DNA from: Candidatus Saccharicenans sp.
GTDB lineage: Bacteria; Acidobacteriota; Aminicenantia; Aminicenantales; Saccharicenantaceae
DNA: 64,000 nucleotides
Direction of reading: 5' to 3'
Assembly: GCA_017992175.1 (NCBI GenBank)
Contig: JAGOPD010000004.1
Coordinates: 29,477-93,476, forward strand
Shown: piece by piece, positions 6,317 through 16,230 of the stretch
Layout of the letters: every line of letters starts with the position of its first letter
Position numbering within the stretch: position 1 is the stretch's first letter
The notes under the pieces: generated by a model
The model's input: the letters and a program-made list of their open reading frames with translations, nothing else
The model's database searches: none
What the model was told of the DNA's origin: nothing
Translations under genes and position numbers: made by a program

Positions 6317-7797
6317 TAAATTTTCTCCTTAGCCTGAATCTCTGAGGGGATTCTAATCAGAAAACAGCTGCCCTGCCCTTCCTTCGCTACCACTTTAATC
6401 GTACCTCCGTGCTGTTCAACCAGACGGCGGGCATTAGCCAGGCCGAGTCCGGCCCCTGAGCTTTTGGTCGTAAAGAAAGGTTCAAAAATATTTTCCCAGT
6501 CCTTCCCGGGAATACCGTTGCCTGTATCACAAATTTTTACCTCAAAAAATGATTTTTCACCGTCTTGAACAAGAGATAACGAAATCTCAATTACTCCGCC
6601 CTCGCCCACCGCCTCATAGGCATTACGAAGAATATTAAGAAATACCTGGCGGAGCTTATCACCGTCAACGAAAGCTGGAGGCAATGGCTGTTGATAGTTC
6701 TTTTTGACCTGAACATGTTTCTCGGCCAGTGAAGGCAGCAGGATTTTTAATGATTCATCAATGACCTGATCCAGGCCAAAGTAGTCGGGCTGAAGGACTG
6801 AGACCCGGGTAAAACCTAACAATTCTTTGATAAATTTCTCGATTTGCTCTATGCCTTCCTGGGCAATCGACAGGTGTTCTCTTTCTATCTCGTCCAGCTG
6901 GTCATTATCAGCCAGTTTCTGAATGTTAAGTTTGACTGAAGTTAAAGGATTACGGATTTCATGAGCAATGGTTGCCGACAATTTGCCAATTGAAGCCAGT
7001 TTTTCAGCTTGAACCAGCTTTTTGTTGGCTTCTTCCATCTGCTGCCTGGCCACATTCAATTCTTCAGTCATCTGATTGAAGCTGTCGGTCAGAGCTCCAA
7101 TTTCATCCGAGGAAATAAGAGGTATATGATAGCTGAAATCACCCCGTGAAATCCTTCTGGTCCCTTCTAACAAATTTTCTATGGGCCTGGTCAGCCGCTT
7201 AACCAGGAAGTTGATGCCGGTAATAGTCAGAAGCAAGGCCAGAAAACCGAGGCCAAAGAGGGTCAGCCTGGACTGGTTTATCCTTTGTCTGACGTCGTCA
7301 AGTTTTAAGCCAATTTTAACCGATCCCCATTTAACGTCTGAACCGGTCACATAGATCGGTATCTCGATCTGCATGACTTCATAACTTTCCTGGCCGTTTT
7401 CTAAATGCAGGTTTTGATAAAAAACTGCCTCTGGCGGGACGTTACCGAGGCAGCTGGTCTGATTTAGAATCTCGGTATTGCCGGCAATGCTTTCACTTAC
7501 CACCACCGGCCGCCCGGTGCGGTCGTAGAAAATGACATAAGCTAGATCATCCCTGATCAAGCCGGTGATATTTTCGTCTATTGATTCGAGTTCCCACAAG
7601 GTAAAATGCCTGGCGTTCATCTCAGCTATATATCTGACCATGAGCAAGCCGCGGTTTCTTTTTTCTTCATAAATAAACCTGGTTTCCCGGCTCTGAATGA
7701 CGGCCAGCACCCCGATAATCAGGAAAACCAGAATGACCGACACCCAGAAAACCAGCTGGGCATAAATTGAGATTCTAAATTTCCGGCTCGGATTCAT
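6316..7797 (-). CDS. sensor histidine kinase (2 TM, ~150 aa periplasmic domain, HAMP, HisKA, HATPase_c)
   Basis: H-box ATIAHEIRNPL. N box NILRNAYEA. G boxes DTGNGI and GAGLGL. HAMP follows the second TM. The stop overlaps the regulator start by 1 nt (TAATG). Confidence 0.9.
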   Translation of the reverse strand: MNPSRKFRISIYAQLVFWVSVILVFLIIGVLAVIQSRETRFIYEEKRNRGLLMVRYIAEMNARHFTLWELESIDENITGLIRDDLAYVIFYDRTGRPVVVSESIAGNTEILNQTSCLGNVPPEAVFYQNLHLENGQESYEVMQIEIPIYVTGSDVKWGSVKIGLKLDDVRQRINQSRLTLFGLGFLALLLTITGINFLVKRLTRPIENLLEGTRRISRGDFSYHIPLISSDEIGALTDSFNQMTEELNVARQQMEEANKKLVQAEKLASIGKLSATIAHEIRNPLTSVKLNIQKLADNDQLDEIEREHLSIAQEGIEQIEKFIKELLGFTRVSVLQPDYFGLDQVIDESLKILLPSLAEKHVQVKKNYQQPLPPAFVDGDKLRQVFLNILRNAYEAVGEGGVIEISLSLVQDGEKSFFEVKICDTGNGIPGKDWENIFEPFFTTKSSGAGLGLANARRLVEQHGGTIKVVAKEGQGSCFLIRIPSEIQAKEKI

Positions 7798-9407
7798 TGG
7801 TCTATCCAGGCATCTTTTAGGTTTAGATAAAAAAGGCCCGCCGGCTGAGGTCTGAGATTCTTGATATAAGGCTGATAGGCTGTCCGCTGCTTGAAATAAT
7901 AAAGGGGAATGGCCGGCACTTCATTTCTCAGCAGTTCCTCCATCTGTCTGAAAAGCTTGACCCGCCGCTCCAGGAGGCTGGTGTTGCGCTGCTCATCCAG
8001 CCAGTTATCAAGCTGTTCCTGCTTATATTGAAAATAGTTTGAATTGAGGTATGACCTGGAATAAAAAAGAGGGTAGAGCAAAAATTCCGGATCAGGCACC
8101 GGCATTGACCAGTCAAAATAAACCAGATAGGGAGTCCGGGCAGTTTTTATCTCGTCCAGAGATTTTATCAGTTTCAGCTGTAAATTAAGGCCGGCCGGGC
8201 GCAATTCATTTTTAAGCTCGCTAAAAAGCTTTTCAGCCTGCTCCTGCCCCGACAATTCACAATAAAGGTTAACAGTCAGGGCCTGGTCCGAACGGCCCAG
8301 TCCATGGGCTGCCAATCTCTCTGAGAGACGGCCAAAACTCAATTCTTCAGGGGGAGGAGAAGGCAGAAAACCAGGAAGATAAGGCGGGATGTAATCATCC
8401 AGAACCTGAGCAAAATAGGCAGGAGAAGAAACCAGAGCAGCCAGCTTGCTCTTTTCAACCAAGCGGCCAAGCAGGCTTCTGACCTCTGGCTGGTCGAAGG
8501 GCGGCAGATGGCAGCTAAAGAACAAATAACTTACCTGAAGGGAATTGCTTTCCAGAACCTGGTACCTGTCTCTTGAAATCCGGTAAGAAAGATAAGGAAC
8601 AATTTGAACTTCATCCCGGAAAAAACCCTCCAGCAAAAAATAAGGGCTGACTTCAATTCCGTTGATATACGGTTTACGGCCGAAATACTGGTCATTTCTG
8701 GTCAGGCTGATGCCAATAATATTGAGCTTCGAATCCCTCAGCCAGTAATTGAATTTGAAGGGACCGGCCCCGGCCGGGCGGTCAAAAAACTTTTTCTTAT
8801 CTTTTTCCACCAGCTGACGGGGAAGAACCTTGGCGAAATTAGCAGCCAGAAAATATAAATTGGCCACACTGGCGTACTTCCAGTCGATTTCGATGGTCGT
8901 CTCATCTATGATCTTAAGGCCGCTAACTTCGCTGGCCCGGCCCTGCCAGAACTCTTCGCCGCCTTCAATTCTCTGAGCAAAGGTATAAAAATAGGGATTA
9001 GTCTTCAGCCTGAAAAGCCTTTCCAGGGAATATTTAACGTCAGCAGCCGTGACCGGCTGGCCGTTATGGAAAGTTGCCTTATTCCTGAGATAAAAGATTG
9101 TTCTTCGCCCGCCATTATCAATTACCCAGTATTCAGCCAGCCCGGGGGTGATCTCTGTATCCCGGTCAAGCCTCAACAGCCCTTCATACAGGTTTTCAAT
9201 AACCAGGGGATAGCCCTTCCCGGCCGGGTCAAGATCAGTCTTAAGACTCGAGCCATAGGCTTTAATTTTCAGCACACCGCCGGTTCGCGGCCTGACTGTC
9301 CGGTCCTGGCCCTGGACCCCGTCTGCTATCAGAAGCAGGCAGAATAAAGACAGAATGGCTGACAGGGCAAAAACACCGCCCCGGCGATTTGTCCCCAAAT
9401 TGGTCAT
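7794..9407 (-). CDS. periplasmic solute-binding protein, family 5 (peptide/nickel type), orphan; likely co-sensor
   Basis: Signal peptide and family-5 signature region TIFYLRNKATFHNGQPVTAADVKYSLERL. 537 aa. 4 nt overlap with the kinase start. No ABC permease or ATPase genes nearby. Confidence 0.75.
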   Translation of the reverse strand: MTNLGTNRRGGVFALSAILSLFCLLLIADGVQGQDRTVRPRTGGVLKIKAYGSSLKTDLDPAGKGYPLVIENLYEGLLRLDRDTEITPGLAEYWVIDNGGRRTIFYLRNKATFHNGQPVTAADVKYSLERLFRLKTNPYFYTFAQRIEGGEEFWQGRASEVSGLKIIDETTIEIDWKYASVANLYFLAANFAKVLPRQLVEKDKKKFFDRPAGAGPFKFNYWLRDSKLNIIGISLTRNDQYFGRKPYINGIEVSPYFLLEGFFRDEVQIVPYLSYRISRDRYQVLESNSLQVSYLFFSCHLPPFDQPEVRSLLGRLVEKSKLAALVSSPAYFAQVLDDYIPPYLPGFLPSPPPEELSFGRLSERLAAHGLGRSDQALTVNLYCELSGQEQAEKLFSELKNELRPAGLNLQLKLIKSLDEIKTARTPYLVYFDWSMPVPDPEFLLYPLFYSRSYLNSNYFQYKQEQLDNWLDEQRNTSLLERRVKLFRQMEELLRNEVPAIPLYYFKQRTAYQPYIKNLRPQPAGLFYLNLKDAWIDQ

Positions 9408-9441
9408 GACGATTAAATAATAGCCTAATCCTGGCTTAAAA

Positions 9442-10716
9442 TCACCTCTGAGTTATATTCAATTTTCTGGCTGTCTCATTCACCTGGTTAAAAACTCTGA
9501 AAAAGTTTTGCCCCCAGATTTTGGCCAGGTCCTCATCAGAATAGCCCCGCTTCATTAATTCAACGGTGACATTGATCATCTGACTGACGTCATTACAACC
9601 GCTGACTCCCCCGCCCCCGTCAAAATCAGTTCCAACACCTACATAATCAACTCCAACCAGTTTGACCACATGATCAATATGGTCAACCAGATCCTGAACT
9701 GTGGCCAGTTCAACCGGATACTTACGGTTTAACTCCTGCATTTCAGCCATGATTTTCTCTCGCTGGGCTTCGTCCTTGATATCTCTCCAGTTGCCATATT
9801 TAGCTCTGAATTCCTGGAAAGCTTGATCCCGGTCTGGATTCGGTTTAGGCTTCTTGACATAAGCTGAGAGAAAACAGATCTGTATGACTCCCCCTTTGGC
9901 CGCCAGAGCCTTAATCATGTCGTCGGTCAAATTTCTTGGATTATCGCAAACGGCCCGGACACAGGAATGGGAAGCGATAATTGGCGCCTGGCTGCTGGCC
10001 AGAACATCCCAGAAGCTCCGGTCAGAAGCATGGGAAATATCAACAATCATTCCCAGCCGGTTACATTCCGCTACCACCTGCCGGCCAAACTGGCTTAAGC
10101 CCCGGTCTTCGGGATCATTCCGGTCAGTTGAAGAATCGCAAATATCATTATCCGAAGTATGACAGAGGGTGATATAGCGCACTCCTTCCACATAAAAATG
10201 TTTAATCAGGCTTAACTCCTGGCCGATAGCATACCCGTTTTCGATTCCCAGAAAGGCAGTCAGCTTACCCTGTTTTTTAAATTTTTTAGCGTCTTCGGGG
10301 CTAAAAGCCAGACCAATTACCTGGTTATTGGTGGCGACCATTTCTTTCACAGCCGAAATCAGATTGTCGGCTATCTGGCGGGCAGCCTGATAACCTTCGG
10401 GGGTGCGAGGCTCCTGGGAGACAAAAGCGGCAAAAAACTCGACATCAAGTCCACCTTCTTTCATCCGGGGAAGGTCAATTTTCCCGGCCCCGGGGGAATC
10501 AGGATCATGCCGTTCGGCCGGATTCCAGTTTCCCCGGACAAATCTCATGGCTGTATCACAATGGGTATCGACGGTGATGATTTTCCGATGAAGGGCCCTG
10601 GCTCGCTCCAGAAGCTGCTGGTCGCTGAGCCCGGCAGAACTTTGATTGTCAGCGGGCAAAATAGAGAATAGCATCATCAATAGAACTCCGGTTAAAGCTA
10701 ACCTTCTTGTCGCCAT
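9442..10716 (-). CDS. membrane/secreted dipeptidase, peptidase family M19
   Basis: Signal peptide. M19 metal-ligand motifs VDTHCDT, GIENG, ITLCHTSDN, VDISHASD, ASHS, GTDFDG. Confidence 0.85.
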   Translation of the reverse strand: MATRRLALTGVLLMMLFSILPADNQSSAGLSDQQLLERARALHRKIITVDTHCDTAMRFVRGNWNPAERHDPDSPGAGKIDLPRMKEGGLDVEFFAAFVSQEPRTPEGYQAARQIADNLISAVKEMVATNNQVIGLAFSPEDAKKFKKQGKLTAFLGIENGYAIGQELSLIKHFYVEGVRYITLCHTSDNDICDSSTDRNDPEDRGLSQFGRQVVAECNRLGMIVDISHASDRSFWDVLASSQAPIIASHSCVRAVCDNPRNLTDDMIKALAAKGGVIQICFLSAYVKKPKPNPDRDQAFQEFRAKYGNWRDIKDEAQREKIMAEMQELNRKYPVELATVQDLVDHIDHVVKLVGVDYVGVGTDFDGGGGVSGCNDVSQMINVTVELMKRGYSDEDLAKIWGQNFFRVFNQVNETARKLNITQR

Positions 10717-10786
10717 TTTTATGTCCTTTCATTTTTTGTTTTTTTCTCCTGATAATTGGAAATAAACCAGGTTTAAACAGCCGGAC

Positions 10787-11761
10787 CTATTTTTTCTTTT
10801 TCAACAGATAACAGACTACCGGTTTTCCGGACCGGGCTCTAAGAAAATCAACAACCTCATAACCCTGCCCGAAATAATTTAAAAATACTTCCCGGCTTTG
10901 AAGCCGCCAGTTAACCGGAATATTTCTGAGCTCATCAGACAGGTTAGCGGTTTCATGGAGAAGACGGTAAAAATCAACCGGCACCTCAACCAGAACAAAT
11001 TCCTGAGTCAGCTGGAGCCTGACGTTTTTTACCAGTTGAAGCTCAATTTCAGTCTGACCGGCTTTAAATGTTTTCCAGTCACTTTCCAGAGCTCTGGGCC
11101 ACCGGCTCAAAGCAGGTTCAATCTCATTATCCGCCAGAAAAGGCCGGTGCTCTTTCAGCAAATCCCAGCCCATAAAAAACCGGTCAGACGGCACATCTTC
11201 CCGGTTGAGGCGCCCTCCGTATTCACCATAAGGGGCCAAGCGATAGTCAAGGACCTGCATCCCGAATTGCCTGATATTGCGGTAGGCATTAACCGCCGTC
11301 AACGGATCGTAAGTGCAAACCACGAGCTTCAGGCGGAAAACTGATAGTAAGACTTCTTTTTGGAATTCTTTAATCCTGGTCCCCAGGCCATAACTCAGCC
11401 GGTCAGGCCTGACTCCCATATATTGAGAATAAAACCAGAGATTATCTCCGGATTCAAACCCAAGGCTTTTATTCCTGAGGCCGACAAAGCCATAGCTGAA
11501 ACCAACCAGGTGAGCCTCATCAAAAACAAACTGGCCGCTCTCAACCGCTTCGAAGGCGCCAAGGAACAAACTACTGCCTTCATGTAAAAAATTTTCGCAC
11601 ATCAGATTCCGGCTGCCGGACAGATGATCATCAGCAAAATCCCAGATTACCTGGCGTAAGTTTTCATATTTCTGATAATCAGCCTCCTGACCGGAATCCT
11701 CAACTTTGAGAAGAAACTTTTTATCACCGCTGACTATGAGCTTTTCAGGTAATTCAATCAT
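10787..11761 (-). CDS. hypothetical protein, probably a COG3375-like GNAT-superfamily protein
   Basis: The segment CTYDPLTAVNAYRNIRQFGMQV...YGEYGGRLNREDVPSDRFFMGWDL resembles the TFDPL..NA.FN...LG...YG...N.G..SDR...W pattern I recall for that family. Weak, memory-based call. Confidence 0.4.
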   Translation of the reverse strand: MIELPEKLIVSGDKKFLLKVEDSGQEADYQKYENLRQVIWDFADDHLSGSRNLMCENFLHEGSSLFLGAFEAVESGQFVFDEAHLVGFSYGFVGLRNKSLGFESGDNLWFYSQYMGVRPDRLSYGLGTRIKEFQKEVLLSVFRLKLVVCTYDPLTAVNAYRNIRQFGMQVLDYRLAPYGEYGGRLNREDVPSDRFFMGWDLLKEHRPFLADNEIEPALSRWPRALESDWKTFKAGQTEIELQLVKNVRLQLTQEFVLVEVPVDFYRLLHETANLSDELRNIPVNWRLQSREVFLNYFGQGYEVVDFLRARSGKPVVCYLLKKKK

Positions 11762-12035
11762 GGTCTTTGAATTTTATCACTCTGCCGGCTGGTTGTTAAA
11801 GCCGAATTTTCAATCAGGGCCAAGTTTTTTAAACCTGACTGAGCTGGCCGGGCTGGAAATCAGTCTTGTTACCTATAAAGCAGAAAAGTGGCTGCCTGTT
11901 TATCAATTGGTGAAAATCTGTTAAGATTTAAGGCTTAGCAGCCAGGCGGGTAGTTTTGAGCCAGCGGCTGAGAACTTTTTTAGATTGAGGTTTATGAGAT
12001 TTATCCTCATTCAGAGGACAGGGTAAAAAGGACTG

Positions 12036-12767
12036 ATGTCAGAACTTGATTTTCTTACCCAGCTACCCCTGAAAAAGACCAGGAGGGCCAGACGGACAAC
12101 CATAGCTCTTCTCTCGCTTGAGGTTATCTTGGTAGCCGGGCTGATGATCTTCTGGATCTCGTCGGCTGCCATCAGACATAACAAGAGCCTGTGGGTCCTG
12201 TTTTTTTACTGCTTTCCATCCGAATTTCTGATTTCCTTTGTGCCTCACGAACCGGTCATACTTTTTTTCAGCAAATATTATAGTGCCCTGACAGTCGCTC
12301 TGGTTTCTTTAGCCGGAACGGTGCTGGCCGAGGCTCTTGATTACTCAACCCTTAAGCTGGTAGAAGAGTTAAAATTACTGTCGAAAGCCCAGAAAAGCAA
12401 GCTGGTGGAAAAGCTGGTCAAGGCTTTTGGCCGTCAGCCTTATTTAGCTCTGTGGGTAGCTGCCTTTTTGCCCGTGCCTTTCTATCCTTTTCGCTTTCTG
12501 ACAGTTATGACCAATCTCCCCTTAGCCGGTTATCTGGCGGTTATTATCACTGCCCGTTTCCCCAAGTTTTTGATTCTGGCTTTAATTGGCCGCGTGCTGA
12601 AAATACCGGATTTGATTATCGCTGGCTTTTTTGTGGCCCTGATTCTGGCCGGTTACCTGCCCAATGTCAGGTTCAACAAGAAAAGGAAAAAAGCTAAGGC
12701 TCACTCGCTCCAGCCAGCCCCGGCCCTGAAATCCGGGCAGGAGGATGAGAAGGTAACAGTTAGCTGA
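12036..12767 (+). CDS. integral membrane protein (VTT/DedA-like topology)
   Basis: Five or six hydrophobic helices and a basic C-terminal tail. No catalytic motif recognised. Confidence 0.5.
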   Translation: MSELDFLTQLPLKKTRRARRTTIALLSLEVILVAGLMIFWISSAAIRHNKSLWVLFFYCFPSEFLISFVPHEPVILFFSKYYSALTVALVSLAGTVLAEALDYSTLKLVEELKLLSKAQKSKLVEKLVKAFGRQPYLALWVAAFLPVPFYPFRFLTVMTNLPLAGYLAVIITARFPKFLILALIGRVLKIPDLIIAGFFVALILAGYLPNVRFNKKRKKAKAHSLQPAPALKSGQEDEKVTVS

Positions 12768-12779
12768 AGGCCGGTTTTT

Positions 12780-12808
12780 TTGACAGGCTTTTAATGGCAT
12801 GGTATAAA
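12780..12808 (+). promoter_or_regulatory. sigma-70 promoter for the lipid kinase gene
   Basis: TTGACA (12780-12785), 17 bp spacer, TATAAA (12803-12808), preceded by TGg (extended -10). It lies 37 nt upstream of ATG 12845. Confidence 0.6.
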
Positions 12809-12844
12809 AATAGGCTGTTCAAATAGACCTGGCACCCGGTCCGG

Positions 12845-13822
12845 TTGATAAAAATGGAAGAAATAAAATCTGAAACAGATAAAAAAATCGTCTTCATTAT
12901 CAATCCAGCTGCGGCTAACAGGCGCTGGAAAAAGCGCCGGCGCCTTAGGGCTAAGCTCATAGAGAGTTTGCCTGGCCAATGCCTGGATGCTCCCAGGAGT
13001 AAAGAAGAAACAGTGGCCATGACCAAAGAAGTCTGCCAGGCAGCCGACCTGGTCGTGGCAGTTGGTGGAGACGGGACAATAGCTGACGTTCTTCAGGGTA
13101 TTTTTGAATCTTCGCGCCGGCCAGAGGTAACTTTTGGCGTTATTCCTTTCGGGAGCGGCAATGCTTTTAGAAAATCACTCGGTCTCCCCCGCCACCCTTT
13201 TAAGGCCATCAAGTACCTGAAAGACGGGGACAGCCTGACTGTTGATCTGATCAAAATCGAAGGCCGGGTAGCCGGCTTTGCCAGTGTTGGCTCAACCGCC
13301 GCGGTGACCGGAGAAAAAATAAAGCACGGCATTCCTGGCCTGGCCGGTCATCTATTAGCCGCCAGGAGGCTTTTATTCTATAAAAGAGATGAAAAAATTA
13401 TCGGACTTTATGACGGGATTGATGATAAGGGAAATAAATTTGATTATTTGGAGTTTCCGTCCCGTTTCCTTGATGCGGTTATCGGCAAGTCAAACTATTT
13501 CGGCTATAGCTGGCTGATAGCACCGGAAGCCCGTTTGAACGATGGCTACCTCGACCTGGTGTTGTTTGAGATGCCTCCCCTCCTTTATATTCTATCTTTC
13601 CCCCTGATCTATTTTGGTTTTCTTCAAAAGAAACTGCGGCATTTCAAGGCCAAAGAGATAACCATTAAGGGTCCTGACCTGGATATTCAATATAATGGTG
13701 AGTATCTGGACACTTTCAACACAGTCAAAGCCAGAGTTGTGCCAGCCGGTCTTAAGGTCATAGCTAACCGGAAAAAGGCTAAACGATTCCTTCTTGAAAC
13801 AGAAGACCTTAATTCCAATTGA
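12845..13822 (+). CDS. diacylglycerol-kinase-family lipid kinase (YegS/BmrU-like)
   Basis: DAGK catalytic-domain motifs: IINPAAA, VAVGGDGTIADV, IPFGSGNAF. Confidence 0.8.
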   Translation: MIKMEEIKSETDKKIVFIINPAAANRRWKKRRRLRAKLIESLPGQCLDAPRSKEETVAMTKEVCQAADLVVAVGGDGTIADVLQGIFESSRRPEVTFGVIPFGSGNAFRKSLGLPRHPFKAIKYLKDGDSLTVDLIKIEGRVAGFASVGSTAAVTGEKIKHGIPGLAGHLLAARRLLFYKRDEKIIGLYDGIDDKGNKFDYLEFPSRFLDAVIGKSNYFGYSWLIAPEARLNDGYLDLVLFEMPPLLYILSFPLIYFGFLQKKLRHFKAKEITIKGPDLDIQYNGEYLDTFNTVKARVVPAGLKVIANRKKAKRFLLETEDLNSN

Positions 13823-13861
13823 TGGCTTATTTAACCGGCCAAGATTATTTTTAGCCGGTTG

Positions 13862-15088
13862 TTATTTTTTGTCTTCCTTTTTATCTTCTTTTTTCTCATT
13901 TCCCCAGAGAGTCCCGCCGCCCTGGGCTTCTCTCCAGGCCTGACGCCAGAGATGAATCTCCACCGGACCGATAGCCGGTCTGTTCTGTCTCTCGTCTTTT
14001 GGCCTCATCTGAGGAAAAGGCTTATGAGGTTCTTTCTGATACCAGTAGGCTACGGTGACCAGGTCAAGAGCTAAGCAATTATTATGACCGTGCTCAATGG
14101 TGGCCCGCAGGGATTTTTTAAAGGTGAGGGGAGATTCCAAGAAAAAGTGGTAACAGTGGGTTCGTCCCAGCCAGCCGGTTTCATTGTTGACCCGGGCATA
14201 ACCGAAAAATGGATGTTGATAAATCTCCTTGGGGCACCAGGAAGAATTGAAAAAGTCCTCTGTCCCGGTCCCGGCTAAAGAAGGCGGCCATTTTTCGCCG
14301 TCAATAAAAAACATATCATCTCCTTCGCCATACCACATGGGAGAAGGATTATCCACATAATAATTGATCCCGACCAACTGCCCCTGACCTTCAAGGTCAG
14401 CAATTAAATAATTGCGGGCACCATCCAGGTTGGCTCCAGGCTGGCCGAGAACTGCCCATTCATTTTCTTCCTCTGGCCCTGGTTCAGTCAGCTGCCGGTT
14501 CCAGAAAGCATGAAAGCGGCCAAAATCAGACGGGAGTGAGTCATGCTTTTCGTAGTCAAGATAATAATAGAAAGCATCTATGGGCTGATCTGATTGATTT
14601 TCAAGGGTAACCACCGCCCCGCGGCCGTAAGGCATCGGGAAATAACAATTCAGAGCATTTCCACCGGCGGGGGCCGAGGCTAAAGGTAAGCTGATGAAAT
14701 TATATTTTTCTCCCCAGCCCTGGCCAAAAAAATCACCCAGAGGGCACTCGACACTCGGTTCCTTTTCGCCATCCCAGTAGAATCTAAGCAGCGCATTGCG
14801 GCGAATCATGGGATCACTGCTGGCCACCGTGATCCAGATATGTTTGATGAGGCCAGCTCCACTCAGACGGGCCAGTTCTACCGTCTGGCCGGCCGGGATC
14901 TGAAGACAGTCAGAATTTTTTCCGCTTCGATCAAAGCTGGAAACCCTCAGCCGTTGATAAGTCTTCAACCTGGCCAGATTATCAAGCAGCGAATCCCCAG
15001 AAAATTTTTCCTGGGCCTGAGCCAAGTCTGAAATCAGAAAGAAGGCCAGTAAGATCAGGCCGGCCATTACCAGTCTTTTTTTCTTCAT
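13862..15088 (-). CDS. DUF2961 / glycoside hydrolase family 172-like secreted protein
   Basis: Signal peptide. GEGDDMFFIDGE and GTGTEDFFNSSW motifs typical of DUF2961. Lys/Glu-rich tail. Confidence 0.7.
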   Translation of the reverse strand: MKKKRLVMAGLILLAFFLISDLAQAQEKFSGDSLLDNLARLKTYQRLRVSSFDRSGKNSDCLQIPAGQTVELARLSGAGLIKHIWITVASSDPMIRRNALLRFYWDGEKEPSVECPLGDFFGQGWGEKYNFISLPLASAPAGGNALNCYFPMPYGRGAVVTLENQSDQPIDAFYYYLDYEKHDSLPSDFGRFHAFWNRQLTEPGPEEENEWAVLGQPGANLDGARNYLIADLEGQGQLVGINYYVDNPSPMWYGEGDDMFFIDGEKWPPSLAGTGTEDFFNSSWCPKEIYQHPFFGYARVNNETGWLGRTHCYHFFLESPLTFKKSLRATIEHGHNNCLALDLVTVAYWYQKEPHKPFPQMRPKDERQNRPAIGPVEIHLWRQAWREAQGGGTLWGNEKKEDKKEDKK

Positions 15089-15201
15089 GAAAAGCCTCCT
15101 TGGGTTAATTCAACCTTGATTATCTAACACTGGCCGGTCAGCCGTCTATAAAAAATTGAACTCAGACGGTTTTGAAACTATAATTTCGGAAGATTTGATT
15201 T

Positions 15202-16230
15202 TTGACCATGATGGCTAACATGACTGCGGCGGTGACCGGTGGAACCGGCTTTATAGGTCAGGTGCTGGTCAAAAAGCTCCTGGACCAGGGTCAAGCTGTC
15301 CGGTTAATAACCAGACGGAGCAGTTCGTCCCGTTTCAGCCAGGAATCAGGGGCAGAAATTGTCAGGGCTGATCTAAACCAGGTTGATAGCCTGAAAACTG
15401 TCCTTAACGGCTGCCACCAGGTTTATCACTTAGCGGCCCTGGCTAAGAATTATGATCCTGAGCCGGCCAATTTTTACCGGGTCAATGTCGAAGCCTTTCG
15501 TTCCCTGCTTGAGGCCTCTCTGGCCACCGGGGTCAAACGGGTGGTCTTTGTCAGCTCATCAGTGGTCAAAGGGCCAAGCCGGCTGGGTCCGGTCTCAGAA
15601 GACAGTTCCAGGGGTGACATTCCTTTCTTTACTGATTATGAAAAAAGTAAGGCTCTGGCTGAAACTATAATTCCAGGATATCTTGAGCGCGGGCTGGAAG
15701 TGGTCATCGCCAGGCCGACCAGAGTCTATGGACCTGGCCAGTTAACTGAGGCTAACTCCGTTACCAGGCTGATTACTGGCTGCTTAAAATACAGGATCTG
15801 CCTTTTACTTGACCAGGGCCGGGAAATTGGTAATTACGTCTATGTTGATGATGTGGCCAATGGTTTAGAGTTAATGATGGAGAGAGGCCGCCCGGGAGAA
15901 GACTATATTCTGGGCGGCGAGAATGTCTCTCTTTATGAATTCTACCGGCAATTAGAGGAAGTTTCCGGGCGAAAAGCCTTCAAGCTGAAAATAGGCAGGC
16001 GGCTGGCCATGATGGTAGCCAAGCTGGAAACACTAAAGGCCAGGTGGTTAGGGCTCTATCCCTTTATCACCACCAGCTGGGTAAAAACTTTTCTGGAAAA
16101 CTGGGCTTACTCCCACCAAAAGGCTGCTGAAGAACTGGGTTACCAGCCAAGAAGCCTCCGCCAGGGATTGCAATTGACCTGCGATTGGCTCGGCTATCTT
16201 AATAAAAAGGCAGAAATGGTCAGGAAGTGA
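15202..16230 (+). CDS. NAD-dependent epimerase/dehydratase (extended SDR)
   Basis: GGTGFIG Rossmann motif and YxxxK (YEKSK). 342 aa. Confidence 0.8.
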   Translation: MTMMANMTAAVTGGTGFIGQVLVKKLLDQGQAVRLITRRSSSSRFSQESGAEIVRADLNQVDSLKTVLNGCHQVYHLAALAKNYDPEPANFYRVNVEAFRSLLEASLATGVKRVVFVSSSVVKGPSRLGPVSEDSSRGDIPFFTDYEKSKALAETIIPGYLERGLEVVIARPTRVYGPGQLTEANSVTRLITGCLKYRICLLLDQGREIGNYVYVDDVANGLELMMERGRPGEDYILGGENVSLYEFYRQLEEVSGRKAFKLKIGRRLAMMVAKLETLKARWLGLYPFITTSWVKTFLENWAYSHQKAAEELGYQPRSLRQGLQLTCDWLGYLNKKAEMVRK

